Assembly: GCA_910579605.1 (NCBI GenBank)
Contig: CAJTUG010000001.1
Span: forward strand, 12,577 to 76,576
Direction of reading: 5' to 3'
Length of the DNA stretch: 64,000 nucleotides
From: an uncultured Muribaculaceae bacterium
Lineage (GTDB): Bacteria; Bacteroidota; Bacteroidia; Bacteroidales; Muribaculaceae
The notes below the pieces were generated by a model. It searched no databases. It saw nothing but the letters and a program-made list of their open reading frames with translations, and was not told the origin of the DNA. A program made the position numbers and the translations under genes. Positions within the stretch are counted from its first letter, which is position 1; every line of letters starts with the position of its first letter. Shown here one piece after another: positions 1 through 10,329 of the stretch.

Positions 1-1140
1 CTGCCCCATGATAAGACGGAAAAGGGTGGTTTTACCGGCTCCGTTGGGTCCGATAACTCCCACTATGCCGTTTGGCGGAAGTGCAAACGAAAGGTCGGAG
101 AAAAGGACTTTCTTGCCGAACGCTTTGGCGAGATGTTGGGCTTCAATTACTTTGTTGCCAAGACGAGGCCCGTTTGGTATAAATATTTCAAGGCGTTCCT
201 CGCGTTGTTTCTGGTCTTCGTTGAGTAGCTTGTCGTATGAATTAAGACGCGCTTTACCCTTGGCTTGACGGGCTTTAGGCGCCATTCTCACCCATTCTAA
301 TTCGCGTTCGAGTGTCTTGCGGCGTTTAGAAGCCTGCTTTTCTTCCTGCGCCATACGTTTGGTCTTTTGATCCAACCACGATGAGTAATTCCCTTTCCAA
401 GGTATCCCTTCGCCACGGTCAAGTTCCAAAATCCAACCGGCTACGTGGTCAAGGAAATAGCGGTCGTGGGTAATAGCTATAACCGTTCCGGGATATTGTT
501 GCAGATGTTGCTCAAGCCAATCAATGGATTCTGCGTCCAAGTGGTTGGTAGGTTCGTCAAGAAGCAATACGTCGGGCTGTTGGAGCAATAGGCGGCACAA
601 GGCGACGCGGCGGCGTTCGCCTCCAGAAAGTGTCGATACGTTTTGGTCGTCTGGAGGGCACTGCAATGCGTCCATGGCACGTTCAAGCTTAGAGTCTATA
701 TTCCATGCATCGGCAGCGTCTAATGCGTCTTGAAGCTCGGTCTGACGCGCTATCAAGGCATCCATCTTGTCGGGGTCTTCAAGCACGTCGGGATCACCGA
801 AAGCTTCGTTGACCTTGTCGAATTCGGCAAGAAGGTCCATGATTGGCTGGACGCCTTCGCGGACAACCTCAAGTACCGTCTTGTCGGGGTCAAGTTTGGG
901 TTCTTGTTCAAGGTATCCAACGGTATATCCCGGTGAAAAAACAACCTCGCCCTGATATTCTTTGTCTATACCGGCAATGATTTTCAACAGCGAAGATTTT
1001 CCCGATCCGTTAAGACCGATGATGCCTATTTTAGCACCGTAGAAAAAAGAGAGATATATGTTTTTGAGAACTTGTTTCTGAGGTGGATAGGTCTTGGAAA
1101 CACCTACCATTGAGAATATTACTTTTTTATCGTCGGCCAT
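1..1140 (-). CDS. ettA: ABC-F translation factor EttA (energy-dependent translational throttle); 3' end lies beyond the window start
   Basis: Absent from the ORF track because it is truncated. My minus-strand translation from the ATG at 1140-1138 gives [29 protein letters not shown] (Walker A 1), [16 protein letters not shown] (signature) and [17 protein letters not shown] (Walker A 2) at the window edge. Plus-strand ORFs 8..268, 524..733 and 730..936 are antisense shadows. Confidence 0.9.
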   Translation of the reverse strand, partial: MADDKKVIFSMVGVSKTYPPQKQVLKNIYLSFFYGAKIGIIGLNGSGKSSLLKIIAGIDKEYQGEVVFSPGYTVGYLEQEPKLDPDKTVLEVVREGVQPIMDLLAEFDKVNEAFGDPDVLEDPDKMDALIARQTELQDALDAADAWNIDSKLERAMDALQCPPDDQNVSTLSGGERRRVALCRLLLQQPDVLLLDEPTNHLDAESIDWLEQHLQQYPGTVIAITHDRYFLDHVAGWILELDRGEGIPWKGNYSSWLDQKTKRMAQEEKQASKRRKTLERELEWVRMAPKARQAKGKARLNSYDKLLNEDQKQREERLEIFIPNGPRLGNKVIEAQHLAKAFGKKVLFSDLSFALPPNGIVGVIGPNGAGKTTLFRLIMGQ

Positions 1141-1168
1141 GGTTTTTCGTTTTTGTTTTAAAACTTAT

Positions 1169-1738
1169 TTATTTGCGTCGTGCCGTGGGGGCGAATTTCA
1201 CAGGGTAATCAACTCGTATTTTACCCGAAGCGATGTTGGCAAGTTTATTGCGGATGAGTTGCTTGCGGATGGCTGAAATATGGTCTATAAACATCTTGCC
1301 TTCCAAATGGTCGCATTCGTGCTGGACTATGCGGGCTAAGAAACCGCTTATCTCTTCATCGTGTGCCTGGAAATTCTCGTCGAGATATTTGAGGCGGATA
1401 TGTTCTACTCGGGGAACATTTTCGCTGATACCCGGAAGGCTGAGGCAACCTTCGCTGCGCGAAATTTTATCTCCCTCAAGGATTTCTATCTCCGGATTGA
1501 TAAGAACCATCTTTTTACCGGCGCAATCTGCAAACGCATCCGAAACGGGATCGGCATCTATAACTACGAGGCGTATGTTTAAACCTATCTGTGGGGCTGC
1601 AAGACCAACTCCCTCCGATTCATACATTGCCTCAAACATGCGCGAAATCAAGTCGCCAAGACCTTGGTAGTCTTGTGCCAACGGCTCCGAAATATTTCGC
1701 AAAACCGGGTGGCCATAGAGATATATTGGTAGTTTCAT
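1169..1738 (-). CDS. def: peptide deformylase
   Basis: 189 aa with the EGCLSLPG and HECDHLEG metal-binding motifs. Confidence 0.95.
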   Translation of the reverse strand: MKLPIYLYGHPVLRNISEPLAQDYQGLGDLISRMFEAMYESEGVGLAAPQIGLNIRLVVIDADPVSDAFADCAGKKMVLINPEIEILEGDKISRSEGCLSLPGISENVPRVEHIRLKYLDENFQAHDEEISGFLARIVQHECDHLEGKMFIDHISAIRKQLIRNKLANIASGKIRVDYPVKFAPTARRK

Positions 1739-2160
1739 ATATTATTATAATTTTTGCTTTGGAGATAATCGTTGAGAATTATTGCCGCAGATATTTCGTC
1801 GACAAGAGCTTTGTCGCGACGTGCCATCTTACCCAAACCTCCGTCAATCATGGCACGATGCGCCAATACCGAAGTAAAACGTTCATCGTAAAATTCTATA
1901 GGAATTTCCGGTAGAGCTTTGTGCAGACGGGCTATGGCAGGCCGCATATAGCGTTGAGACTCCGAAGGCTCGTCGCGTAAAGTTCGGGCTTCGCCGACTA
2001 TTATGCCGTCTAATCCCTCTTTCTGTGCATATTGCTTGACGAAATCTATCAATTTAGATGTTTCTACGGTAGTGAGTCCGTTGGCTACGATACGCAAAGT
2101 ATCGGTCACGGCTATGCCGCAACGTTTGCGCCCGAAATCTATGCTCATTAGTCGGCCCAT
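1735..2160 (-). CDS. ruvX: Holliday junction resolvase RuvX (YqgF family)
   Basis: MSIDFGRKRCGIAVTD N-terminus. Start moved from track position 2217 to 2160 (or 2148) because -7 boxes lie at 2168-2185. 4-nt overlap with def. Confidence 0.85.
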   Translation of the reverse strand: MGRLMSIDFGRKRCGIAVTDTLRIVANGLTTVETSKLIDFVKQYAQKEGLDGIIVGEARTLRDEPSESQRYMRPAIARLHKALPEIPIEFYDERFTSVLAHRAMIDGGLGKMARRDKALVDEISAAIILNDYLQSKNYNNI

Positions 2161-2232
2161 TTCTTTGCAAAGATACGCAAAAATACCCACATTGCCAAAA
2201 TAACGGAAATGGGGCAACTATGCTATTATGAG

Positions 2233-3582
2233 CTACATTATTTTTTCTATCGTTTTGACAGGTTTGCCTCCGAAATATTCCACTATGCAATAGGATATGG
2301 CTGAGCATAGCACTATTGGAAGAAAAACTATATAGTTGCCGGTCATTTCTACGGCAAGAAACATCGACATCAAAGGTGCGCGCACTACTCCGGCCATTAC
2401 CCCGGCCATACCTATCAAGGCGAAATCGGCAACAGGTAGATGTGTGCCGCAGAAAGTATTGAGCATTCCCGAGAATACCAGACCTGCAAAACATCCGGCA
2501 AACAACGCCGGTGCGAAATCGCCGGCTACACCACCATTGGTCGTCGCGCCCGCTGCAAGGCTTTTAACCACTGCGATACCTACGGCTGTTATCATAACAA
2601 CTGTTATGGAATTACTACCCGAGAGTATGCTGCCTTTGGTTATCGCGTGGAGATTACCGCGCAATATATCTCCCATCACATCATACCCCTCGCCATAAAG
2701 AGCAGGGAATACATAAAGCAGAACCCCAACCACTATACCTCCCAATATAGCTTTTAACCATTGGCTCTTTACGCTGGCAAACGCCTTGCCCATCTGCTTC
2801 ATTATTGCAGAGTAATATATGGCATATGCTCCGCAAAATAAGCCGAAGACCGCTGTGTATATATAGTGTACAGGTTCAAAGGCTGCAAGGGTGCCTAAAG
2901 GAAGATCAAAAGTGAATCCTGTGAAGATATAGCATGTCAGCGATGCTATGAGGCATGCAAGTAGGATAAGGAGGGTAATGAATGTATTAACCGGCAATTT
3001 CAAGACTTCCAACGCGAATAGCATCCCGGCCACGGGGGCCTTGAAAATTGCCGCGATTCCGGCTCCGGAACCGCAACCGAGCAAAAGCCTGGTATTGTCG
3101 GATGTAATACCAAATAGTTGTGCCATGCGGCTTCCTACTCCGGCCCCGCATGTGGCTATTGGACCCTCCGACCCTGCAGAACCGCCGAAGCCAAGCGTAA
3201 AAGTACCCGTTACCACAGGCCCCCACACAAAGTATCCCGGAAGACGGTATGATTTTTCCTTCAAATCGGCAACTATCTTGTCTACCCCGTGAGCTATATC
3301 TTTGCCTATTATGAACTTAAGTATAACTGCAGTGCCCAAGAAGCCTATAAGTGGCAAAATCAATAAAATCGCATTGTTCCCTGCCATATGGTAGCCTTCC
3401 TGCACCAGTTTTGCCATATGCCCTATACACCACTTAAAAACCACGGCGGCAAGACCTGTGGCAATACCGGTTACTACGGCTGCTACCACAAGAAATAATT
3501 TTTCGGGAAAATGATTCCGCGCTTTTCCCATAAATAATTGCCATCTTCCGGTCGGGCTTTCTTTTTTTGATGTAGGTTCCAT
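2233..3582 (-). CDS. ClC family voltage-gated chloride channel / H+-Cl- antiporter
   Basis: 449 aa polytopic membrane protein with the GSAGSEGP selectivity motif and GDFAP. Confidence 0.85.
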   Translation of the reverse strand: MEPTSKKESPTGRWQLFMGKARNHFPEKLFLVVAAVVTGIATGLAAVVFKWCIGHMAKLVQEGYHMAGNNAILLILPLIGFLGTAVILKFIIGKDIAHGVDKIVADLKEKSYRLPGYFVWGPVVTGTFTLGFGGSAGSEGPIATCGAGVGSRMAQLFGITSDNTRLLLGCGSGAGIAAIFKAPVAGMLFALEVLKLPVNTFITLLILLACLIASLTCYIFTGFTFDLPLGTLAAFEPVHYIYTAVFGLFCGAYAIYYSAIMKQMGKAFASVKSQWLKAILGGIVVGVLLYVFPALYGEGYDVMGDILRGNLHAITKGSILSGSNSITVVMITAVGIAVVKSLAAGATTNGGVAGDFAPALFAGCFAGLVFSGMLNTFCGTHLPVADFALIGMAGVMAGVVRAPLMSMFLAVEMTGNYIVFLPIVLCSAISYCIVEYFGGKPVKTIEKIM

Positions 3583-3720
3583 GTTTGGCGGAGATATTTA
3601 CTTTCAAACATCTGCCCAAAGAGTTTGGTTCTCATCGCGTATACATTCCACTTGCACAGTTGCTGCAGATTGTGTAATTTTGCCTATTATTTCTCACTCC
3701 AAATTATAAAAAAGATTATT

Positions 3721-4155
3721 ATGGCAAACTGGTTTGAATGCAAAGTCAGATACGATAAACTCCAGGAAAACGGTTCGGCTAAAAAAGTTACCGAGCCTTA
3801 TCTCGTTGATGCATTGTCTTTTACAGAGGCTGAAGCCCGAATAACAGAAGAACAGACGCCTTTCATTTCCGGCGAATTTTCAGTTTCTGCTGTCAAACGC
3901 ACTAAAATTGCAGAAATTTTCTGGAACGAAGGAGGAGATCGTTGGTATTTGGTTAAAGTCGGTTTCATAACCATAGACGAAAAAACAGCTGTGGAAAAAA
4001 GGTCGGCGTCCCTCATCCTTGTCCAGGCTTCAAATTTTAAAGAAGCTTTTGAAAATTTCAACAAAGGAATGGAAGGCACTCTCGCCGATTTCGACATCAT
4101 GTCAATCTCCGAAACGCCTCTCATGGACGTTTACAAAATGAAAGTCATAGACTGA
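3721..4155 (+). CDS. DUF4494 domain-containing protein
   Basis: MANWFECKVRYDKLQENG..KKVTEPYLVDALSFTEAEARI matches the conserved Bacteroidota DUF4494 N-terminus as I recall it. Start set at ATG 3721, downstream of the -7 box at 3675-3682. Confidence 0.7.
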   Translation: MANWFECKVRYDKLQENGSAKKVTEPYLVDALSFTEAEARITEEQTPFISGEFSVSAVKRTKIAEIFWNEGGDRWYLVKVGFITIDEKTAVEKRSASLILVQASNFKEAFENFNKGMEGTLADFDIMSISETPLMDVYKMKVID

Positions 4156-4165
4156 TATCTATCAA

Positions 4166-4840
4166 ATGGCTTCCGATATCAAAAATAACCTCGACGCTCT
4201 GCGAAAAACTATTCCGCAAGGCGTCGATTTGGTTGCCGTTTCAAAATTCCACCCGGCAGAGATCATTATGCAAGCATACGAAGCCGGACAACGTATTTTT
4301 GGCGAAAGCCGTATTCAGGAATTGGATGCAAAAGCCAAGGAGCTGCCTCAAGATATCCGTTGGCATTTTATCGGACATCTCCAGACAAATAAAGTTAAGC
4401 AACTCATAGCCATTAAACCAGCCTTGATAGAAAGCATAGATAGCTGCCGTCTTCTTGATATTGTAGATAATCATGCGTTAAGTCAAGGCTTTGCCGCAAA
4501 AGTGCTCCTGCAAGTACACGTAGCCCAAGAAGATACTAAATTCGGTTTCTTGCCCGACGAGCTTTTGCAATATTTCAGAGAGAGGCGTTTCGAAAAACTC
4601 AAGTCCACTCATATTTGCGGTATCATGGGTATGGCCACAAACACAGATTCCGTCGAGCGTATTACCCAAGATTTCACGCAGATTGCCGATTTGAAAAAAC
4701 AAATACTTGAAATAGCCCCGGATCTCAGAGGTTTTAACCTCATTTCAATGGGTATGAGCGACGATTACAGCATAGCAATAGACTGCGGCTCAAACCTCGT
4801 AAGAATAGGAACTGCAATTTTCGGATCTCGCCAATATTGA
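4166..4840 (+). CDS. yggS: YggS family pyridoxal-phosphate homeostasis protein
   Basis: VAVSKFHP (PLP lysine), FGESRIQE, HFIGHLQTNK. Confidence 0.9.
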   Translation: MASDIKNNLDALRKTIPQGVDLVAVSKFHPAEIIMQAYEAGQRIFGESRIQELDAKAKELPQDIRWHFIGHLQTNKVKQLIAIKPALIESIDSCRLLDIVDNHALSQGFAAKVLLQVHVAQEDTKFGFLPDELLQYFRERRFEKLKSTHICGIMGMATNTDSVERITQDFTQIADLKKQILEIAPDLRGFNLISMGMSDDYSIAIDCGSNLVRIGTAIFGSRQY

Positions 4841-4868
4841 CAGTCAAAGTTGATAAATAATAAAACAT

Positions 4869-4901
4869 AAAAAATGGCTATGCATCGCATAGCCATTTTT
4901 T
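4869..4901. terminator. bidirectional intrinsic terminator between yggS and rplI
   Basis: A6 - TGGCTATGC - atc - GCATAGCCA - T6; perfect 9-bp stem flanked by A and T runs. Confidence 0.8.
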
Positions 4902-4921
4902 ATGTTTTATGGAAGCAATTG

Positions 4922-5365
4922 TTATTCTGCAACAACCTCAAAAGGAATTTCTGCAGAAACCTCTTTGTGGAGGCGGATAATGGCAGTATAGTTGCCGACT
5001 TCCTTCACTGCTTGCTTCAATTCGATAATCTTGCGGTCTACATCGAAGCCGAGTTTTTCCAATGCTTCTGCAATTTGGATAGCGTTTACAGAACCGAAGA
5101 TTGTGCCGGTAGCCGATGTTTTGGCTCCGATTGTCAAGCTTACTTCCTGCAATTTAGCTGCCAATGCTTCTGCGTCGGCTTTGATTTTTGCCAACTTGTG
5201 GGCGCGTTGACGCTGGTTTTCGGCCAATACCTTAAGAGCCGAAGGTGTAGCTATTACGGCCTTGCCGGTTGGGATAAGGTAGTTGCGGCCATAGCCGTCT
5301 TTTACTTCTACTACGTCGTCCTTGTATCCGAGGCCCGAAACGTCTTCTTTGAGAATAATTTTCAT
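4922..5365 (-). CDS. rplI: 50S ribosomal protein L9
   Basis: MKIILKEDVSGLGYKDDVVEVKDGYGRNYLIPTGKA. Confidence 0.95.
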   Translation of the reverse strand: MKIILKEDVSGLGYKDDVVEVKDGYGRNYLIPTGKAVIATPSALKVLAENQRQRAHKLAKIKADAEALAAKLQEVSLTIGAKTSATGTIFGSVNAIQIAEALEKLGFDVDRKIIELKQAVKEVGNYTAIIRLHKEVSAEIPFEVVAE

Positions 5366-5385
5366 ATCTTCTGGGCTGTTAAGGG

Positions 5386-5655
5386 TTATTTCATAAGGTC
5401 GGTTACATAGGGCAAGAGTGCCAAGTGACGGGCACGCTTAACGGCCTGTGCTACGCGGCGCTGGAATTTCAACGAAGTGCCCGTGATGCGGCGAGGTAGG
5501 ATTTTGCCCTGCTCGTTCAAAAATTTCTTCAAAAATTCCGGATCTTTGTAGTCTACGAAATTGATACCGAATTTTTTGAAACGGCAATATTTTTTCTTCT
5601 TCACGTCAACCGACATCGGGGTGAGGTAACGAATTTCAGACTGTGATTGTGCCAT
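5386..5655 (-). CDS. rpsR: 30S ribosomal protein S18
   Basis: [25 protein letters not shown]. Confidence 0.95.
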   Translation of the reverse strand: MAQSQSEIRYLTPMSVDVKKKKYCRFKKFGINFVDYKDPEFLKKFLNEQGKILPRRITGTSLKFQRRVAQAVKRARHLALLPYVTDLMK

Positions 5656-5658
5656 GAT

Positions 5659-6024
5659 TTATGCCTCCTGATTTTCTGTGGGTTGAACTTGGGGTTGTGC
5701 GGCACGGCGTGCGCGGCGTTTTGCGGCATACTGTGCTGCATATTTGTCCTGACGGAATGTGAGCCAACGGATCACGCGTTCGTCGCGGCGATATGCGGTC
5801 TCAAGTTTGCGGATCAAGCTCGGATCGGCTTCAAATTCTACAAGAGTGTAAAAGCCGGTCGATTTCTTGTCGATGGGATAAGCAAGTTTGCGGAGACCCC
5901 ATTCTTCGGTGTTCACCACTGTTGCGCCGTTCTCGGCCAACATATTGGTGAATTTTTCTACCGCTTCCTTCATCTGTGCATCAGACAAAACGGGAGTTAA
6001 AATGAAAACGGTTTCGTACTGCAT
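5659..6024 (-). CDS. rpsF: 30S ribosomal protein S6
   Basis: [27 protein letters not shown]; first gene of the rpsF-rpsR-rplI operon. Confidence 0.95.
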   Translation of the reverse strand: MQYETVFILTPVLSDAQMKEAVEKFTNMLAENGATVVNTEEWGLRKLAYPIDKKSTGFYTLVEFEADPSLIRKLETAYRRDERVIRWLTFRQDKYAAQYAAKRRARRAAQPQVQPTENQEA

Positions 6025-6086
6025 CGTTTAAGATGGTTAAGTAATTAATTTTGTGAGTTATAGATCGGTTATTCCAAATCTGGCTG

Positions 6087-6094
6087 CAAAATTA
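6087..6094 (-). promoter_or_regulatory. Bacteroidota -7 promoter box (TAATTTTG) for rpsF-rpsR-rplI
   Basis: The plus strand reads caaaatta, so the minus strand reads TAATTTTG (consensus TAnnTTTG). It lies about 63 nt upstream of the rpsF ATG. Confidence 0.55.
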
Positions 6095-6141
6095 CTAAAA
6101 ATTTTGCCCATTTCCAAATTATCTCATGAAACTTTATTAAA

Positions 6142-6157
6142 ACACAGGCTCTTTCAT
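6142..6157. repeat. left copy of the direct repeat flanking the R-M islet (ACACAGGCTCTTTCAT)
   Basis: Identical to 10390..10404 (ACACAGCTCTTTCAT) apart from one extra G. A TTATT match lies just upstream of both copies. Confidence 0.6.
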
Positions 6158-6198
6158 CGGTTTTGAACTCTATGTTTTGATCTCTAATATAATAAGTG

Positions 6199-8238
6199 TT
6201 AATTGATAGGTGAGATTCTTACCATTTCTTCATACCATTTCCTTGGGTGAAACTTGTCGCTTTGTTGGTAGGCTTCTTCAAACAAAGGATATAGTTCACG
6301 ATACTTTTTGCCTTGACGGATGATTTCTCTCAAATCGGAAGTGTCAAGAGGTATTATCTTCATGCCAGTAATAAAATCATCCTCATTTTGAGTATCATAG
6401 TAAGGGATATGCTTACGGTTTTTGAAATCGCTTATAACATTGACATCAAGATATGTTGTGGCAAAAATACAGTAATTATGGAAATTGCGAGTACGTAATA
6501 AATGCCTTCCAAGATGACGAGAAACAGGTTCCATTTCCATGCGTCTTTGATTTGTGCCATCAGCCAATGTTGCTTCAAGGAGGAGATTGTGCTTAGGATA
6601 GAAAGGAGGCCAAGCATTATATTCATATACAATGTCAGCTTCTCCACCAGCAGCATGGGTTACAGGTAATAAATCTGCATCCAATGAGAGTTTAAGATAA
6701 TCAAGAATACGACCCTTAAATTCGCTTGTTTTATACCAGATAATACCAAGAACATACTCAAAAATAGTTGGAATGTCAGCGTTGTCAGATACTGCTTTAG
6801 AAATTGCATCGTCATTTCTTGAATCAAAATTGTCAAGCAATTCTATAAGTTGTTCATCAGAAAAACGGGTTGCAATCATATTTTTGAAGCGGTCATATCT
6901 CAGGTTCTCAACCTCTGAATAGATCTCGTCAATAGAATTAAGTTCGGTTCCCATCTCATCATTGAGTGCATCAAGAAGTTGCTGCTCGCTAAGGCTCAAA
7001 GACGGGCATATATCTTCCAAATTATTGAGTTGTTCCAGATTCTCCGCTTCGGTATATGCAAGTTTATATAATTCAGACATTGCTGAAATAAAGAATGGTT
7101 TAGGGACAATGTCATATTTAAGCTGCCCATCCTCAAAAAGGATAATATTAGACAACTTAATATAGCGACGATTTAGGTCAAAATAATCGCGTAATGTAGA
7201 TTTGACCTTAAATAAATGTAAGTACTTGAAGAATACTTCTTTAAGTTCGGTCTCAGTATTTACATGCGTAAACTCTGTTATGTTAAGATGAGAGAGTGGA
7301 TCATTTTTAATTGCTTTAGCAGAGACGGAGTTGAATAGTAATTCTCTCCAATAGCTGCCCACTTGGATGTCCTTAGATATATTGTAAACCTCAATAACTG
7401 CATCCGAATTATTATCTACAAAAAGCCGTCTAAGCGCAAGATAAAATGGGAAATAGATTTTATCATATATACGGCTCTTTCTATTTATGCCTATTGCTGT
7501 GACAAGTTCCTCTGAAACCTCTGAGTTAGTCCACGCATAGTATGCATCTTGATAATTCTTTTGACGCATTATGTGCTGATATATAATGTCATCCAATGAA
7601 ATATTGCCATTGCGAAACATAGTTATTGCATTAACTATGTTCGCTGTTGTCTCCTCGGAAATACACAAAGGGGCAAGGTAGGTGAACTCCTCAAAAGAAA
7701 GTGGACCAACTTTTGAAAGGAGATACAAAAGCACTACAAAAGGCCGTACATACCCGTCTTTTAATGAGATGGAATATTTGAGGAGCTGAGAAAGATAAAT
7801 GATACTATCACTGGATATGGACAAAATATTTTTAGAGGTATACTCACCGCTACGCGAGATTTTAAGAATGGCTTTTCCAACTTCGGTTAAACGGTGGTTA
7901 CGGTTGATAACGCCAATGTCCACAAGTCCTGATGTTTTCTGACGAGCTGCTTTATATTTGATTTTATCATCTCCAGTGGTGAAACCGTTGGCGCGCATAA
8001 AATCATAATACCGATTTTTGATTTCGTAAATATTATACGGCTGATTAGGGAGAAGGTATTCTTTTTCCCAGCCGCATTTTGCATTTTGCTCATCTTCCCA
8101 AAATTCGGACAGTAATTCAAGTTGTCTCTCAATTGAAAAGTTCATTTGTTTGGTTCGGAAAGAAGTGGTTCCGAAATTCCAAACAAATGTATTATACGCC
8201 AAGTGGTTCAAAATGTATTCTAAATCCTTGTCGCCCAT
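6199..8238 (-). CDS. AlwI-family type IIS restriction endonuclease (possibly a nicking variant)
   Basis: 679 aa. LPVTHAAGGEADIVYEY..LLLEATLADGTNQRRMEMEPVSRHLG resembles the catalytic core I recall from Nt.BstNBI/AlwI-family enzymes (PVTHAAG..D..E.T..Q..ME.EPV.RH). Lies directly downstream of two methyltransferase genes. Confidence 0.7.
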   Translation of the reverse strand: MGDKDLEYILNHLAYNTFVWNFGTTSFRTKQMNFSIERQLELLSEFWEDEQNAKCGWEKEYLLPNQPYNIYEIKNRYYDFMRANGFTTGDDKIKYKAARQKTSGLVDIGVINRNHRLTEVGKAILKISRSGEYTSKNILSISSDSIIYLSQLLKYSISLKDGYVRPFVVLLYLLSKVGPLSFEEFTYLAPLCISEETTANIVNAITMFRNGNISLDDIIYQHIMRQKNYQDAYYAWTNSEVSEELVTAIGINRKSRIYDKIYFPFYLALRRLFVDNNSDAVIEVYNISKDIQVGSYWRELLFNSVSAKAIKNDPLSHLNITEFTHVNTETELKEVFFKYLHLFKVKSTLRDYFDLNRRYIKLSNIILFEDGQLKYDIVPKPFFISAMSELYKLAYTEAENLEQLNNLEDICPSLSLSEQQLLDALNDEMGTELNSIDEIYSEVENLRYDRFKNMIATRFSDEQLIELLDNFDSRNDDAISKAVSDNADIPTIFEYVLGIIWYKTSEFKGRILDYLKLSLDADLLPVTHAAGGEADIVYEYNAWPPFYPKHNLLLEATLADGTNQRRMEMEPVSRHLGRHLLRTRNFHNYCIFATTYLDVNVISDFKNRKHIPYYDTQNEDDFITGMKIIPLDTSDLREIIRQGKKYRELYPLFEEAYQQSDKFHPRKWYEEMVRISPIN

Positions 8239-9169
8239 ATTCTTCAGGGTTATTATAGTTCGTTACCAAAATTTCTTGTGTTCTTGAATCTTTCCCTTTT
8301 ACCTGATAATTGGAATTACTGTAATCCATTTGGATTTGATTCAAATTATAGTTATTGTCATTGATCCAATTACGCAAAATAAGGTTTTCTCTACCTTTGT
8401 GACTAAGTACGTTAGATAAAGCAAAATGTATCCCTCTACCGTTAAGTTCATCTAGAAAGAGAAGTAAATCGTATTCGTCTTGTTCTGTCCAACCTCCATT
8501 CTCGTTATATGTTGCACCTGTTATAAGATATGGAGGATCAACATAAACAAGACTATTCTCCGTGAGAAAATCGGTGTTAAAGTGCCTGAAGTCAAAGTTT
8601 GATATAGTTGTTTCTTGACTTTGCAAAGCAATCATAAATTTCTTAAGTTTATTTTGTAACACCTTATTAAAATCTCTTTTGCCGACAGGAAGATTATAGT
8701 CTCCCTGAGAGTTAAATCTTATTTGATTGTTAAATCCGAAAATGATCAAAGTGTAAAGTAGAGTATAATAGTAGTCATCATGTTCAAGACGAGAGTTAAA
8801 TTCATCGCGCAGCGCTATGAATTTTTCACGATTATACTCGGAAACTCCTTTCATGCAATTCCCTCCATAATATGCAAAATTATGGTCGGAAGTACGAGAA
8901 AACTCATATCTATCAATGATATGATTAATTTCTTGAATAAGCAAATCCGGGTCTTTTGTGGCAAACATGCTCAAAAGTCCTATAAGTTGCGAAGATATGT
9001 CATTATATATATGATGTCCAGCTCGCGTATTGATGCCGACATTACATCCACCGCAGAATAAATCAACAAAATGGTCTATATACAATGGGAAATATGGTAA
9101 AACTTGATCAAGGATGCGAGCCTTACCGCCAATATAATTCAACGGTGAAACCGTGAAAAATTTATTCAT
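8192..9169 (-). CDS. site-specific DNA adenine methyltransferase, D12/Dam-DpnM-like (alpha class), M2
   Basis: NYIGGKAR, DLFCGGCNVG (AdoMet motif I), VDPPY (motif IV). Start set at ATG 9169-9167, which forms an ATGA overlap with the M1 stop codon. The 3' end overlaps the R start by 47 nt. Confidence 0.85.
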   Translation of the reverse strand: MNKFFTVSPLNYIGGKARILDQVLPYFPLYIDHFVDLFCGGCNVGINTRAGHHIYNDISSQLIGLLSMFATKDPDLLIQEINHIIDRYEFSRTSDHNFAYYGGNCMKGVSEYNREKFIALRDEFNSRLEHDDYYYTLLYTLIIFGFNNQIRFNSQGDYNLPVGKRDFNKVLQNKLKKFMIALQSQETTISNFDFRHFNTDFLTENSLVYVDPPYLITGATYNENGGWTEQDEYDLLLFLDELNGRGIHFALSNVLSHKGRENLILRNWINDNNYNLNQIQMDYSNSNYQVKGKDSRTQEILVTNYNNPEEYGRQGFRIHFEPLGV

Positions 9170-10182
9170 CTCTGAACGTCGCATAGAAACAGCCTTTCTT
9201 GGTTTCCCGTATTCTCACCCTTCCCAGCAGAAAAAGGTCTATAATCAGTTGTAAATATTTTGACTTCTCCCTTGGCAGAAAGTATGCGTAAAATTTCTTC
9301 ATCAGAAATTTTTGCATTACTCCTTACCTGTAATTTTTTCCCATTATTATTGTAGGAAAGAAGAATGTAGCGAGTATTTAGCTTATCCACAAGTTCTTCA
9401 AGTTGGGCTGACGCGGTAGTTCTGCAATACTCGCTTTTCATTTGAGTTCTATCCATTTTTCGAGCGACACCAAAAACCTCTGGCTTCTCCCAAAGAGCAA
9501 GGTTTTCTAATAGGTGGTATGCATCACAGTACTGTCTTGAATTATAAGGAGGATCAAGATACGCAATATCGCAATTAATGGTGTCAGCGATAGCATTGGC
9601 ATCACTGTTTAGAATTATGTTATTAGGTGCTAAAGTATAATCAATATTTGGCAATCTAAGATTTATTTCCTTTGGCAGATTTGCACCTTGAATAAAAGAA
9701 TCATAATGACCGCAAGTTGCAGCGATTCTATCCATTGAGTAAAACAAAGATGTTATTATCAATGCCCATTCGCGTTGATTGATTCTTTCAGAAGAAAGGT
9801 ATTTGTCAACAGTATCTCGAATATACCCTATTTTTTGGCAGACTATTCTACTAAAATATGTGTTAGAGAAAGTCTCACTAAAATAATTACATTCATCAGA
9901 TGCGTCATAGTTATTGAAATAATTAAGAATTTCAATAACCTTAACCTTGTCAAAAGGTTCTGAAGAAAACCATGCCAATGAAGTTATATAGTTGCTGCGC
10001 ATTAGGTCGTTTACAAAAAGGCGACAATTAGTAAAAGCCGAAGCAACAGCGCCCGTCCCTGCAAAAACATCAAAAAAAGAATGAACATCGGTGCAGTGAC
10101 GGTCTACTACTCCCTTGATAAAAGGGAGTAACTTATACTTGTTTCCAAGATATCGTCGGTTGCTTATATTTATGAGTTCCAT
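9166..10182 (-). CDS. site-specific DNA adenine methyltransferase, alpha class (FokI-N-domain-like RYLGxK type), M1
   Basis: NRRYLGNKYKLLPFI, DVFAGTGAVASAF (motif I), YLDPPYNSRQY..YHLLE (motif IV). Confidence 0.8.
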   Translation of the reverse strand: MELINISNRRYLGNKYKLLPFIKGVVDRHCTDVHSFFDVFAGTGAVASAFTNCRLFVNDLMRSNYITSLAWFSSEPFDKVKVIEILNYFNNYDASDECNYFSETFSNTYFSRIVCQKIGYIRDTVDKYLSSERINQREWALIITSLFYSMDRIAATCGHYDSFIQGANLPKEINLRLPNIDYTLAPNNIILNSDANAIADTINCDIAYLDPPYNSRQYCDAYHLLENLALWEKPEVFGVARKMDRTQMKSEYCRTTASAQLEELVDKLNTRYILLSYNNNGKKLQVRSNAKISDEEILRILSAKGEVKIFTTDYRPFSAGKGENTGNQERLFLCDVQR

Positions 10183-10329
10183 TCTATATGAAATGAAAAC
10201 TCCCTTGTAGCATCTGACGGCTCACCAAAGCCTGTAACGACTACTTAGGAGTTTCAAAGGGTTTCGGCTGGCGCCGTATGTCTTTGCATTTATTTGGTCA
10301 TTATCAGATTAGAGTTACTTTTGCTTACG

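Noticed and set aside
4874-5410. 178-aa plus-strand ORF, and similarly 52029..52628 (minus strand, 199 aa) and 8..936 (several plus-strand ORFs).
   Set aside because: They are antisense shadows of rplI, lemA and ettA. In each case the opposite strand encodes an unmistakable conserved protein.
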